From an uncultured Dictyoglomota bacterium (GTDB lineage Bacteria; Dictyoglomota; Dictyoglomia; Dictyoglomales; Dictyoglomaceae), in NCBI GenBank assembly GCA_964654465.1, contig CAZZIO010000047.1:1-15550 (forward strand): a stretch of 15,550 nucleotides of DNA. The letters run 5' to 3'. Below are positions 1-7,529 of this stretch, in pieces; position 1 is the stretch's first letter; each line of letters begins with the position of its first letter. Both the position numbers and the translations under genes were made by a program. The notes under the pieces are model-generated. The model made no database searches. It worked only from the letters and a program-made list of their open reading frames with translations, and was not told the DNA's origin.

Positions 1-119
1 CTTTCTCTTGTCTTTTCCAAAGCCCTGTAATAACTTCCTATTCCTACACTAAAAAGTATAGCTATGACAACAATAACTATCATAATCTCAATAAGAGTAA
101 ATCCCCTATCTTTTCTCAT
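1..119 (-). CDS. Prepilin-type N-terminal cleavage/methylation protein (third, probably minor, pilin); 3' end outside window
   Basis: Not in the ORF track. Manual translation from ATG at 119 gives MRKDRG|FTLIEIMIVIVVIAILFSVGIGSYYRALEKTRE..., a class III signal (G|F..E5) followed by a hydrophobic helix. RBS GAGGTG at about 130-135. Confidence 0.9.
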   Translation of the reverse strand, partial: MRKDRGFTLIEIMIVIVVIAILFSVGIGSYYRALEKTRE

Positions 120-145
120 GATAGTTCTTCACCTCTTTTAAGGTT

Positions 146-182
146 AAAAAAAGGGGGCAAGATATGATATCTTGCCCCCTTT
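146..182 (-). terminator. Intrinsic terminator downstream of pilin 206..634
   Basis: Perfect 16-bp inverted repeat AAAGGGGGCAAGATAT (150-165) / ATATCTTGCCCCCTTT (167-182). On the minus strand the GC stem is followed by a T7 run (A7 at 146-152). Confidence 0.9.
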
Positions 183-205
183 AAAGATTATATCAGCCAA
201 TATTT

Positions 206-634
206 TTACTTAATTGTACCAGCACTTGAGACTGATATTACAACCTTTTGGTTATCTTTACCATATCCTGTGATAGTATAAGCTGTATTATCAGAAGTAA
301 CAGAATAAACAATCTTATATGCAGACTCACCACTATCATTGCTATTTGATGTAAAGCCATAAGGTGCATTTGTTGCTGGATTGTTTGGAAACTTTCCACC
401 TGGTAAGTAGTTACCTTGTGTTAGAGAGTAAACAAAAGAAGGATAATAACCATTGTTGTCTGTCGCATACATCTCAAGAGCTGTTTGAATAGTTTTTACT
501 GCAGATCTTACTGCAGACTCCCTTGCTCTTTCTGTTGCTCCCATAAAGTTTGGTAATGCTACCGCGGCTAAAATGGCAATGATCACAATAACTACCATCA
601 ACTCAATTAATGTAAAACCTCTCTCTTTACGCAT
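206..634 (-). CDS. pilA: Type IV major pilin / GspG-like pilin, copy 1 (142 aa)
   Basis: MRKERG|FTLIELMVVIVIIAILAAVALP class III signal; GspG-like ALEMYATDNNGYYP segment; RBS AAGGAGG upstream; lies next to pilB/pilT/pilC. Confidence 0.88.
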   Translation of the reverse strand: MRKERGFTLIELMVVIVIIAILAAVALPNFMGATERARESAVRSAVKTIQTALEMYATDNNGYYPSFVYSLTQGNYLPGGKFPNNPATNAPYGFTSNSNDSGESAYKIVYSVTSDNTAYTITGYGKDNQKVVISVSSAGTIK

Positions 635-671
635 AATCTAACCTCCTTTTTAATTAGTCTTTCTAACAAAT

Positions 672-699
672 ATTATACCCTAAAAAAATTTTTTTATTC
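672..699 (-). promoter_or_regulatory. Putative promoter of pilin copy 1 (GAATA-N14-GGGTATAAT)
   Basis: Minus strand reads ttatGAATAaaaaaatttttttaGGGTATAATa and ends 37 nt before the ATG. The 11-mer TAGGGTATAAT is repeated upstream of copy 2. Confidence 0.65.
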
Positions 700-741
700 A
701 TAAAAAATAAGTTTTTTAACAATATTTTTAATATTATTACA

Positions 742-788
742 AATAAAAAATAAAGGGGGAACCATATATAAAGGACTGTTCCCCCTTT
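742..788 (-). terminator. Intrinsic terminator downstream of pilin 817..1245
   Basis: Inverted repeat AAAGGGGGAAC (752-762) / GTTCCCCCTTT (778-788) with a 15-nt loop, followed on the minus strand by ATTTTTTATTT. Confidence 0.8.
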
Positions 789-816
789 GTAATTATTGAT
801 TTTTAAACAATTAAGT

Positions 817-1245
817 CTACTTCATAGTACCAGCACTTGAGACTTGTATTACAATCTTAGTATTATTTTTACCATATCCTGTGATAGTATAGGATGTATT
901 ATCAGTAGAAACAGAATAAACAATCTTGTATGCAGACTCACCACTATCATTGCTATTTGATGTAAAGCCATAAGGTGCATTTGTTGCTGGATTGTTTGGA
1001 AACTTTCCACCTGGTAAGTAATTCCCTTGTGTTAATGAATAAATATAGGCAGGATAATAACCATTGTTGTCTGTTGCATATATTTCAAGAGCTGTTTGAA
1101 TACTTTTTACTGCAGATCTTACTGCAGACTCCCTTGCCCTTTCTGTTGCTCCCATAAAGTTTGGTAATGCTACCGCGGCTAAAATGGCAATGATCACAAT
1201 AACCACCATCAACTCAATTAATGTAAAACCTCTCTCTTTACGCAT
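817..1245 (-). CDS. pilA: Type IV major pilin / GspG-like pilin, copy 2 (142 aa)
   Basis: Same class III signal as copy 1; 13 of 142 residues differ from copy 1; RBS AAGGAGG. Confidence 0.88.
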   Translation of the reverse strand: MRKERGFTLIELMVVIVIIAILAAVALPNFMGATERARESAVRSAVKSIQTALEIYATDNNGYYPAYIYSLTQGNYLPGGKFPNNPATNAPYGFTSNSNDSGESAYKIVYSVSTDNTSYTITGYGKNNTKIVIQVSSAGTMK

Positions 1246-1284
1246 ATTAATGTCCTCCTTCCCCCAATTTTACTTTCACTATAG

Positions 1285-1314
1285 ATTATACCCTACTCTA
1301 TTTATAAATTATGC
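1285..1314 (-). promoter_or_regulatory. Putative promoter of pilin copy 2 (GCATA-N16-GGGTATAAT)
   Basis: Minus strand reads ttatGCATAatttataaatagagtaGGGTATAATc and ends 39 nt before the ATG; the motif is shared with copy 1. Confidence 0.65.
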
Positions 1315-1334
1315 ATAAATTTACTTTAAAAAAT

Positions 1335-2042
1335 TTAAAACATTTCTCTTAATCTTTTTAAAGCTATCTTCAAAAGCCTTGAAACTTGAGACTGAGATAT
1401 TTTTAAAATTTTTGCTACTTCCATTTGAGTTAAATCTTGATAGAATATAAACTCAATAATTTTTCTTTGTATCTCTGGAAGTTTTGAGAGAGCCTGTTCA
1501 AGAGCAATTTTATCCTCTATAGGTAATTTAAAAGATTCTAATTTTTCTGCCCTAATCTTATCCATTTCAATTTCCATATCTTCCAAAGATATGGCCATTA
1601 TAGATTCTTTTATCCTAAAAAGTTCCTCAACAGCTTCTTTTTTTACATTCAAATACTGAGCTATTTCTTCCGTAGTAGGAGATCTATTTTCCTTTTCCCA
1701 TACCTCATTTATATACTTATCCATTTTATTGATTAATGTTTTTACGCTCCTTGGAATTTTTACCTTATCTATTTTATCTCTTAAATAATGTCTAATTTCA
1801 CCCAATACAAAATGGGATATATAGGTAGATAATTCACCTTTTTCTGGATCATAATTCTCTATAGCTTTAAGAAATCCTAAATAGCCTATCTGCACTAAAT
1901 CCTCTAATGGTTCACCATAAGATACAAACTTAGATGCCCAGTAATAAATGAGATCATCATATAGTTCAAGAAGAGCTTCTAAAGCCTTTTCATCCTTTTC
2001 CTTTTTATATCTTTCCCAGAGTATAATAGCAGAATTCTTCAT
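1335..2042 (-). CDS. RNA polymerase sigma factor, SigB/SigF/SigG family (235 aa)
   Basis: Region 2 DLVQIGYLGFLKAIENYDP..GEIRHYLRD; region 3 RSPTTEEIA; region 4 LTQMEVAKILKISQSQVSRL. ATGA overlap with the pilC stop at 2039-2042. Confidence 0.92.
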   Translation of the reverse strand: MKNSAIILWERYKKEKDEKALEALLELYDDLIYYWASKFVSYGEPLEDLVQIGYLGFLKAIENYDPEKGELSTYISHFVLGEIRHYLRDKIDKVKIPRSVKTLINKMDKYINEVWEKENRSPTTEEIAQYLNVKKEAVEELFRIKESIMAISLEDMEIEMDKIRAEKLESFKLPIEDKIALEQALSKLPEIQRKIIEFIFYQDLTQMEVAKILKISQSQVSRLLKIALKRLREMF

Positions 2043-3268
2043 TTTATGTATTGGAACATGGTAAATATAGGTAGATACAAAGCTATAAGCATACCACCTA
2101 CTATTCCACCTATAACTACCATCATGAGAGGCTCAATTAAAGATGTTAAACTTTCAACAGCAGCAGCAACTTCAGCCTCGTAAAATTCAGCTATCTTATT
2201 CAACATAGTCTCTAAGGAACCCGATTCTTCTCCCACTGAGATCATATGTATTACCATTGTTGGAAACACTTTTGTCTCTTTAAGAACAGGAGCTATTCTC
2301 TCACCTTCTCTTACCCTTACTCTAACTAAATCAATGGCTTTCCTATAGACACTATTTCCTGCTGTTTGTCCTGCTAATTGAAGAGCTTGTAGTATGGGAA
2401 CCCCTGTTCTTACTTGGGCAGAGAGGGTAGTTGCAAAATTAGCTATTGCTGTTTTTTGTATTAAACCGCCTAACACAGGTATTTTTAATAATATTTCATC
2501 TATTTTTTCTTTTATTTTAGGATTTTTCCATGCCCTAATAGCTGTCAAAACTAAAATCACAGTTGCCAAGAAAATAAGCAAGAAATTTTTCCTTATCATT
2601 TGGCTTAATCTAAGTAATACAGCTGTAGGTAAGGGCAACTGTGCACCCATACTTTCAAACATACCAGCAAAAATAGGCACCAAAAAAGTAAGCATTCCAA
2701 ACCCTGCCCCTATAGCTATTATTAATACAATAACAGGATAGGTCATAGCTGATTTTATCTTTCTTCTTAATTCTTGCTGCTTTTCTAAGGTTATTGCCAA
2801 TCTTTCTAAGGTCTCATCTAATGTTCCAGCTGATTCTGCAGCTCTTATCATATTTACATAAAGTGGAGAAAATACATTTGGAAAATTCCCAAAGGCATCA
2901 GATAAAGAACTTCCTTCGTCTACCATTTTTTGTACTTCTTTTAGTATTTGTCTCAAAGCTTTACTTTCACTTTGTTCTGATAATATATTCAAACAAGTAG
3001 AAAGAGAAAGACCTGCATTAATCATGGTAGCAAATTGTCGAGTAAAGATTGTAATATCTTTTAGTTTTACTTTTCCTCCTTTTTTTTCTTTTGGAGAAGT
3101 TAGGGAAAGAGTTAAAAAGGAGGATGTTCTTTTTTCTTCAATCCTAATAGGATATAAATTCATTCCTCTCAATTTCATAGCTAATTCTCTCATACTTTCT
3201 GCTTCTGATTCTCCAGTTACAAGCTCTCCCTTCATATTTCTTGCATGATAAACATATACCTTTGCCAT
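2039..3268 (-). CDS. pilC: Type IV pilus inner-membrane platform protein PilC (T2SS F family)
   Basis: FTRQFATMINAGL, KSAMTYP, VGEESGSLETML and IEP..LYLPIF motifs; three hydrophobic segments. Confidence 0.95.
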   Translation of the reverse strand: MAKVYVYHARNMKGELVTGESEAESMRELAMKLRGMNLYPIRIEEKRTSSFLTLSLTSPKEKKGGKVKLKDITIFTRQFATMINAGLSLSTCLNILSEQSESKALRQILKEVQKMVDEGSSLSDAFGNFPNVFSPLYVNMIRAAESAGTLDETLERLAITLEKQQELRRKIKSAMTYPVIVLIIAIGAGFGMLTFLVPIFAGMFESMGAQLPLPTAVLLRLSQMIRKNFLLIFLATVILVLTAIRAWKNPKIKEKIDEILLKIPVLGGLIQKTAIANFATTLSAQVRTGVPILQALQLAGQTAGNSVYRKAIDLVRVRVREGERIAPVLKETKVFPTMVIHMISVGEESGSLETMLNKIAEFYEAEVAAAVESLTSLIEPLMMVVIGGIVGGMLIALYLPIFTMFQYIK

Positions 3269-3275
3269 CTACCCC

Positions 3276-4358
3276 TCACCTCCTAATTTCTCCCCCCAAA
3301 AGACGCATTAATTCCTCTCTATTAACAGCCCTTTCAAAGGCTACTTCTTGAGTTATAAGACCTTTTTTAACAAGATCAGCGAGACTTTGATCCATAGTCA
3401 TCATTCCATATCTTCCACCTGTTTGTATTACACTATATATTTGAGGAGTTTTTCCTTCTCTAATGAGACTCCTCACTGCAGGGATACCAATAAGTACTTC
3501 AGTAGCAACTATTCTTCCAGTACCATCTTTTCTTGGGAGAAGCTGTTGAGAGATAATTCCTTGAATAACTCCAGAAAGTTGAAGCCTTATTTGTTGTTGT
3601 TGATGAGAAGGGAACTGGTCAACTATTCTTTCAATACTTTGAACCGCATCAACAGTATGTAAAGTTGCCATAACTAAGTGACCAGTTTCTGCTGCTGTGA
3701 TAGCTATAGCTGTGGTTTCCAAATCCCTCATCTCACCTACTAATATGACATCTGGATCTTCTCTTAAAGCTGATCTTAAAGCATTAGCAAAGGAATAGGT
3801 ATCACTTCCTACTTCTCTTTGATTCACAATAGATTTTTTATGAGTATGCAAATACTCTATAGGATCTTCTATTGTTATGATATGCCTGCTGAAATTTGAA
3901 TTGATATAGTCTATCATAGAAGCAAGAGTAGTAGATTTACCACTTCCTGTTGGACCCGTTACAAGTATTAATCCTCTGGGAAGGGCTGCAAGATCTTTTA
4001 AAATTAAAGGTAATCTAAGTTCTTCAATAGAAGGAATCTTCCAAGGAATTAATCTAAATACAGCAGCTAAGCTCCCCCTCTGCCAAAAAGCATTTACTCT
4101 AAATCTTCCTTCACCACTTATACCAACTGAAAAATCCAACTCTTTGTTTTCTTGAAGCTTCTGCTTTTGTTCTTCTGTTAAAAGACTAAAAACAAGATTA
4201 TAAGTAAGTTGGGGAGTTAAAACAGGATATTGAGTTTGAGGTATTAAATGCCCCTTAATACGGAAAACAGGTGGTACTCCAGAAGTTATATGTACATCTG
4301 AGGCTTCTTTCTGTAAAGCATTTTGTAGTATTTCAATAATAGAAATACTTTCTTTCAT
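3276..4358 (-). CDS. pilT: Type IV pilus retraction ATPase PilT
   Basis: Walker A GPTGSGKS, TIEDPIE, ALREDPDVILVGEMRD, AAETGHLV..TLH, and AVRSLIRE (variant of the PilT AIRNLIRE motif). Confidence 0.95.
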   Translation of the reverse strand: MKESISIIEILQNALQKEASDVHITSGVPPVFRIKGHLIPQTQYPVLTPQLTYNLVFSLLTEEQKQKLQENKELDFSVGISGEGRFRVNAFWQRGSLAAVFRLIPWKIPSIEELRLPLILKDLAALPRGLILVTGPTGSGKSTTLASMIDYINSNFSRHIITIEDPIEYLHTHKKSIVNQREVGSDTYSFANALRSALREDPDVILVGEMRDLETTAIAITAAETGHLVMATLHTVDAVQSIERIVDQFPSHQQQQIRLQLSGVIQGIISQQLLPRKDGTGRIVATEVLIGIPAVRSLIREGKTPQIYSVIQTGGRYGMMTMDQSLADLVKKGLITQEVAFERAVNREELMRLLGGEIRR

Positions 4359-4375
4359 TTTTTATTACCTCCCTC

Positions 4376-6997
4376 TTAATCTGCAGCTGTGACCCTCATA
4401 ACTTCTTCCACAGTAGTAAAACCTCTAAGAACTTTACGCATTCCATCTTCCCTTAACGTTACCATTCCATATTTTCTTGCAGCCTCTTTTATAGTCTCAC
4501 GAGAAGCCTTTTTTAATACCAAATCTCTAATTTCATCATTCATAAGCATAATTTCATGAATAGCTGTTCTTCCCTTATAACCTTTGTTGTTACATCTGGG
4601 GCAACCCTGACCTTTATAAAAAGTAGCATTAGATAAATCTATGTCTCCTAAGGTTGCTTTTATAGCTTCTATTTCCTCCTTTGTAGGTTCATAAGGAGCC
4701 TTACAATAAGGACATACTGTCCTCACCAATCTTTGTGCTACCGCTCCAAGTAAAGAGGAACTAATCAAGAACGGTTCGATACCCATATCAATTAAACGGG
4801 TAACAGCCGATGGTGCATCGTTGGTGTGAAGGGTGGATAATACTAAGTGTCCTGTTAGAGCAGCCTGTATAGCAATTCTTGCTGTTTCTTCATCACGAAT
4901 CTCACCTACGAGCACCACATCTGGGTCTTGACGTAAAATAGATCTCAAGGCACTGGCAAAAGTAAGACCCGCTTTTGGGTTCACCTGCACTTGATGTATC
5001 CCTGGAAGCTGATACTCCACTGGATCTTCTACTGTTACTATATTAATATCAGGAGAATTTATCATATTTAAAGATGCATAAAGGGTTGTGGACTTACCAC
5101 TTCCTGTTGGACCTGTTACAAGTATAATACCATATGGTGTCTTTAACATTTTTAAATATCTTTCGTAATTATCTTCAGAAAAACCTAGACTCTCAAGAGA
5201 TAAAGATATAGCTCCTCTTCCTAAGATTCTCAATACCACCTTCTCACCAAAAACTCCAGGTAATGTAGAGACACGGAAATCATACACTTCTCCTTTTATA
5301 TTTGCTTTAATACGTCCATCTTGAGGTATTCTCCTCTCAGAAATATCCATATCACTCATAATCTTTATTCTTGAAACAACAGCTGCCTGAAATCTTTTTT
5401 GAATATACATAATTTCATGTAATACACCGTCTATTCTAAATCTTACCCTTACATTTCTTTCCAGAGGCTCTATATGGATATCACTAGCTCCTCTTTTAAC
5501 TGCATCAACTAAAATACTATTTACGAGCTTTGCTATAGGACCTTCCTCAGATGAAACTTCTTCTAAAGAAACCTCTTGATATTGAGTCTCTTCCTCTTCC
5601 TTCTGAACTATAATCTCTTCAAGTACTTTCTCTACCTCTTCACTACCCCAAATCTGATTAATAGCATCAATAAGTTCATTTCGTGGTACTATTACTGGTA
5701 TAACTTCATTTCTAGTTACCATTTTTAAATCATCGAGGGCTATTATATTTGCTGGATCTACAATTCCTACTATGATCCTCCCATCCTCCTTATAAAGAGG
5801 AAGTATTAAATTATCTCTCGCTTTTTTAGCTGTTATAAGTTTTGATAGATCTGGATCAATTTTTATCTCCTTTATTGATTTAAAAGGAATCCCTAATTGT
5901 TCACTTAATAACTTTGCAAGATCCATATCACTTAGAAGCTTTAGTTCTAAAAGTGCTTCTCCAAGCCTTATACCCTTTTTAGATGCAAGCATCAAAGCTT
6001 CATCTAATTGCTCTTTTGTAATTAAATTCTTTTCTAATAATATCTCACCAAGAGGCTTTCTTTTTGCAGGGGTTGATGTTTTCCTTAATGTTTTTTTCTC
6101 AGTAGTGGTTAAACTACTTTTAATACTTTCAATTATCTTATTGGCAAGATCCTTTTCTTTTTTCCTCTCTTCTTTCTCCTCGGTTTTTATCTCCTCTTTA
6201 ATTTCCTGTTGTATATTTTCTTCTTTAGTCTCTTCTTTGATCTCTTCCACAATTCCTATGCCTTCTAACTCAGAGAGCACATCAGTTATTGATTCTTCTT
6301 TAACATTAATCTCTTTAATATCTTCTTTAGGTATTTCTTCCTCAGATTTAGAAGGCATCTCTTCAATAATCTCTTCCTTGACATCCTCTCCCTTTAGCTT
6401 CTCTAACAATCCACCTTCAGGAACTAATTCTTCTACAAGCTTAGAAATTTCTATATCATTTATTGTTTCTATACCTATCTTTGATTCTTCCTTTACCTTA
6501 GTTTCAGAAACATCAGTTCTAGGAATCATTGACGATGTCAAAATTGAAGTTGTAGAACCTATTTCTTTCTTCTCAAATATATCTTCTGAAGATTCCTTAT
6601 CCACAACCTTTAAAAGATAAGGTTCTACTGAAAATCCTGTAAGCAATCTTATATCCTCAAGTGCTGTAGCTTTTACTGGTGGGAAGAAACCCACATGAAG
6701 CATTCTTTCTTCTAATTTAAGAGGAATAAAATTATGAAATTTCACTAAAAAAGGAGGAATAATCTTTAATGCGTCTTCATCAGGTTTAAATTCTTTTCCT
6801 TCAATAATTTTCCACCCTAAAATTTCTGATAATAAATCAGTAAGTTTATCTTTCGATATTAATCCCTCTTCCAAAAGAATTTCTTGTAGTTCTTTACCTT
6901 TTACTGAAGAAAGTAAGTTATCTAATAACCCCTTAGGGATAAGATTTCTCTCTCTAATAATCTCTAAAAGTTTCTCATTAATATTAGGAGAATCCAT
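4376..6997 (-). CDS. pilB: Type IV pilus assembly ATPase PilB (GspE/PulE family) with extended N-terminus (873 aa)
   Basis: ASDIHIEP, PQDGR, GPTGSGKS, LRQDPDVVLVGEIRD, tetracysteine CPYC..CPRC; MshEN-type repeats at aa ~313-367; RBS AAGGAGGAG. Confidence 0.95.
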   Translation of the reverse strand: MDSPNINEKLLEIIRERNLIPKGLLDNLLSSVKGKELQEILLEEGLISKDKLTDLLSEILGWKIIEGKEFKPDEDALKIIPPFLVKFHNFIPLKLEERMLHVGFFPPVKATALEDIRLLTGFSVEPYLLKVVDKESSEDIFEKKEIGSTTSILTSSMIPRTDVSETKVKEESKIGIETINDIEISKLVEELVPEGGLLEKLKGEDVKEEIIEEMPSKSEEEIPKEDIKEINVKEESITDVLSELEGIGIVEEIKEETKEENIQQEIKEEIKTEEKEERKKEKDLANKIIESIKSSLTTTEKKTLRKTSTPAKRKPLGEILLEKNLITKEQLDEALMLASKKGIRLGEALLELKLLSDMDLAKLLSEQLGIPFKSIKEIKIDPDLSKLITAKKARDNLILPLYKEDGRIIVGIVDPANIIALDDLKMVTRNEVIPVIVPRNELIDAINQIWGSEEVEKVLEEIIVQKEEEETQYQEVSLEEVSSEEGPIAKLVNSILVDAVKRGASDIHIEPLERNVRVRFRIDGVLHEIMYIQKRFQAAVVSRIKIMSDMDISERRIPQDGRIKANIKGEVYDFRVSTLPGVFGEKVVLRILGRGAISLSLESLGFSEDNYERYLKMLKTPYGIILVTGPTGSGKSTTLYASLNMINSPDINIVTVEDPVEYQLPGIHQVQVNPKAGLTFASALRSILRQDPDVVLVGEIRDEETARIAIQAALTGHLVLSTLHTNDAPSAVTRLIDMGIEPFLISSSLLGAVAQRLVRTVCPYCKAPYEPTKEEIEAIKATLGDIDLSNATFYKGQGCPRCNNKGYKGRTAIHEIMLMNDEIRDLVLKKASRETIKEAARKYGMVTLREDGMRKVLRGFTTVEEVMRVTAAD

Positions 6998-6998
6998 C

Positions 6999-7529
6999 TT
7001 ACTCCTCCTTTATTAACTCCTTTTTAGACAACCATCTCTTAATTAAATAATTTTCAATAAGCCTTACAGTCCATCTTTTAATCCACAATTCTTTCTTATT
7101 TAAAGGAGATACTAGTATGGTAAACATCCCCAATTTATTACCACCATATATATCTGTTAATATTCTATCACCAATTACCAAAGTTGTCTCGGGGGTAGTA
7201 CCCATTATCTCTAAAGCTCTTTTAAAAGATCTACTTCTTGGTTTTAATGCATATCCTAATGCAGGAAGCCGTATAAGCTTAGAAAAATGTTTTACCCTTC
7301 TCTGAGACCAATTATTTGATAAAATAACAACTTTAAAGCCTAAATTTTTGATATCTTCTATTAATTTTTTTGTTCTCTCATCCAATTTGTTTTCATCCCA
7401 AGGAACAATAGTATTATCAAGGTCAAAAATAATACCCCTGTATCCTAATTTATATAATTCTTCAAAATTAATTTTAAATATTGTTCCCACATATCTATTT
7501 GGTTTTAAAATTTTGCACATCATAATCAC
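6999..7529 (-). CDS. yqeG: YqeG-family HAD subfamily IIIA phosphatase
   Basis: DLDNT motif I, LSNN, KP and IGDRILTDIYGGN motifs. The GTG at 7529 overlaps the mltG stop; the true start may be the ATG at 7523 or 7520. Confidence 0.88.
   Translation of the reverse strand: MIMMCKILKPNRYVGTIFKINFEELYKLGYRGIIFDLDNTIVPWDENKLDERTKKLIEDIKNLGFKVVILSNNWSQRRVKHFSKLIRLPALGYALKPRSRSFKRALEIMGTTPETTLVIGDRILTDIYGGNKLGMFTILVSPLNKKELWIKRWTVRLIENYLIKRWLSKKELIKEE

Larger units (their letters stand above)
206..1245 (-). repeat. Tandem gene duplication: two 429-nt pilin CDSs at an offset of 611 nt
   Basis: Ungapped alignment of 206-634 with 817-1245. Segment 318-409 is identical to 929-1020, and 493-634 differs from 1104-1245 at only 2 positions. 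Confidence 0.97.

Noticed and set aside
206-1245. Neisseria-style silent pilS cassette, invertible shufflon or CRISPR-like repeat
   Set aside because: Both copies are full length with RBS, promoter motif and terminator. No recombinase, inverted recombination sites or repeat-spacer array was seen in the window.
5966-7440. Other GGGTAT-like sites on the minus strand (about 5970 in pilB, about 7435 in yqeG) as autoregulatory sigma promoters
   Set aside because: They lack the full GGGTATAAT and have no G(A/C)ATA at 14-16 nt; both are inside coding sequence.
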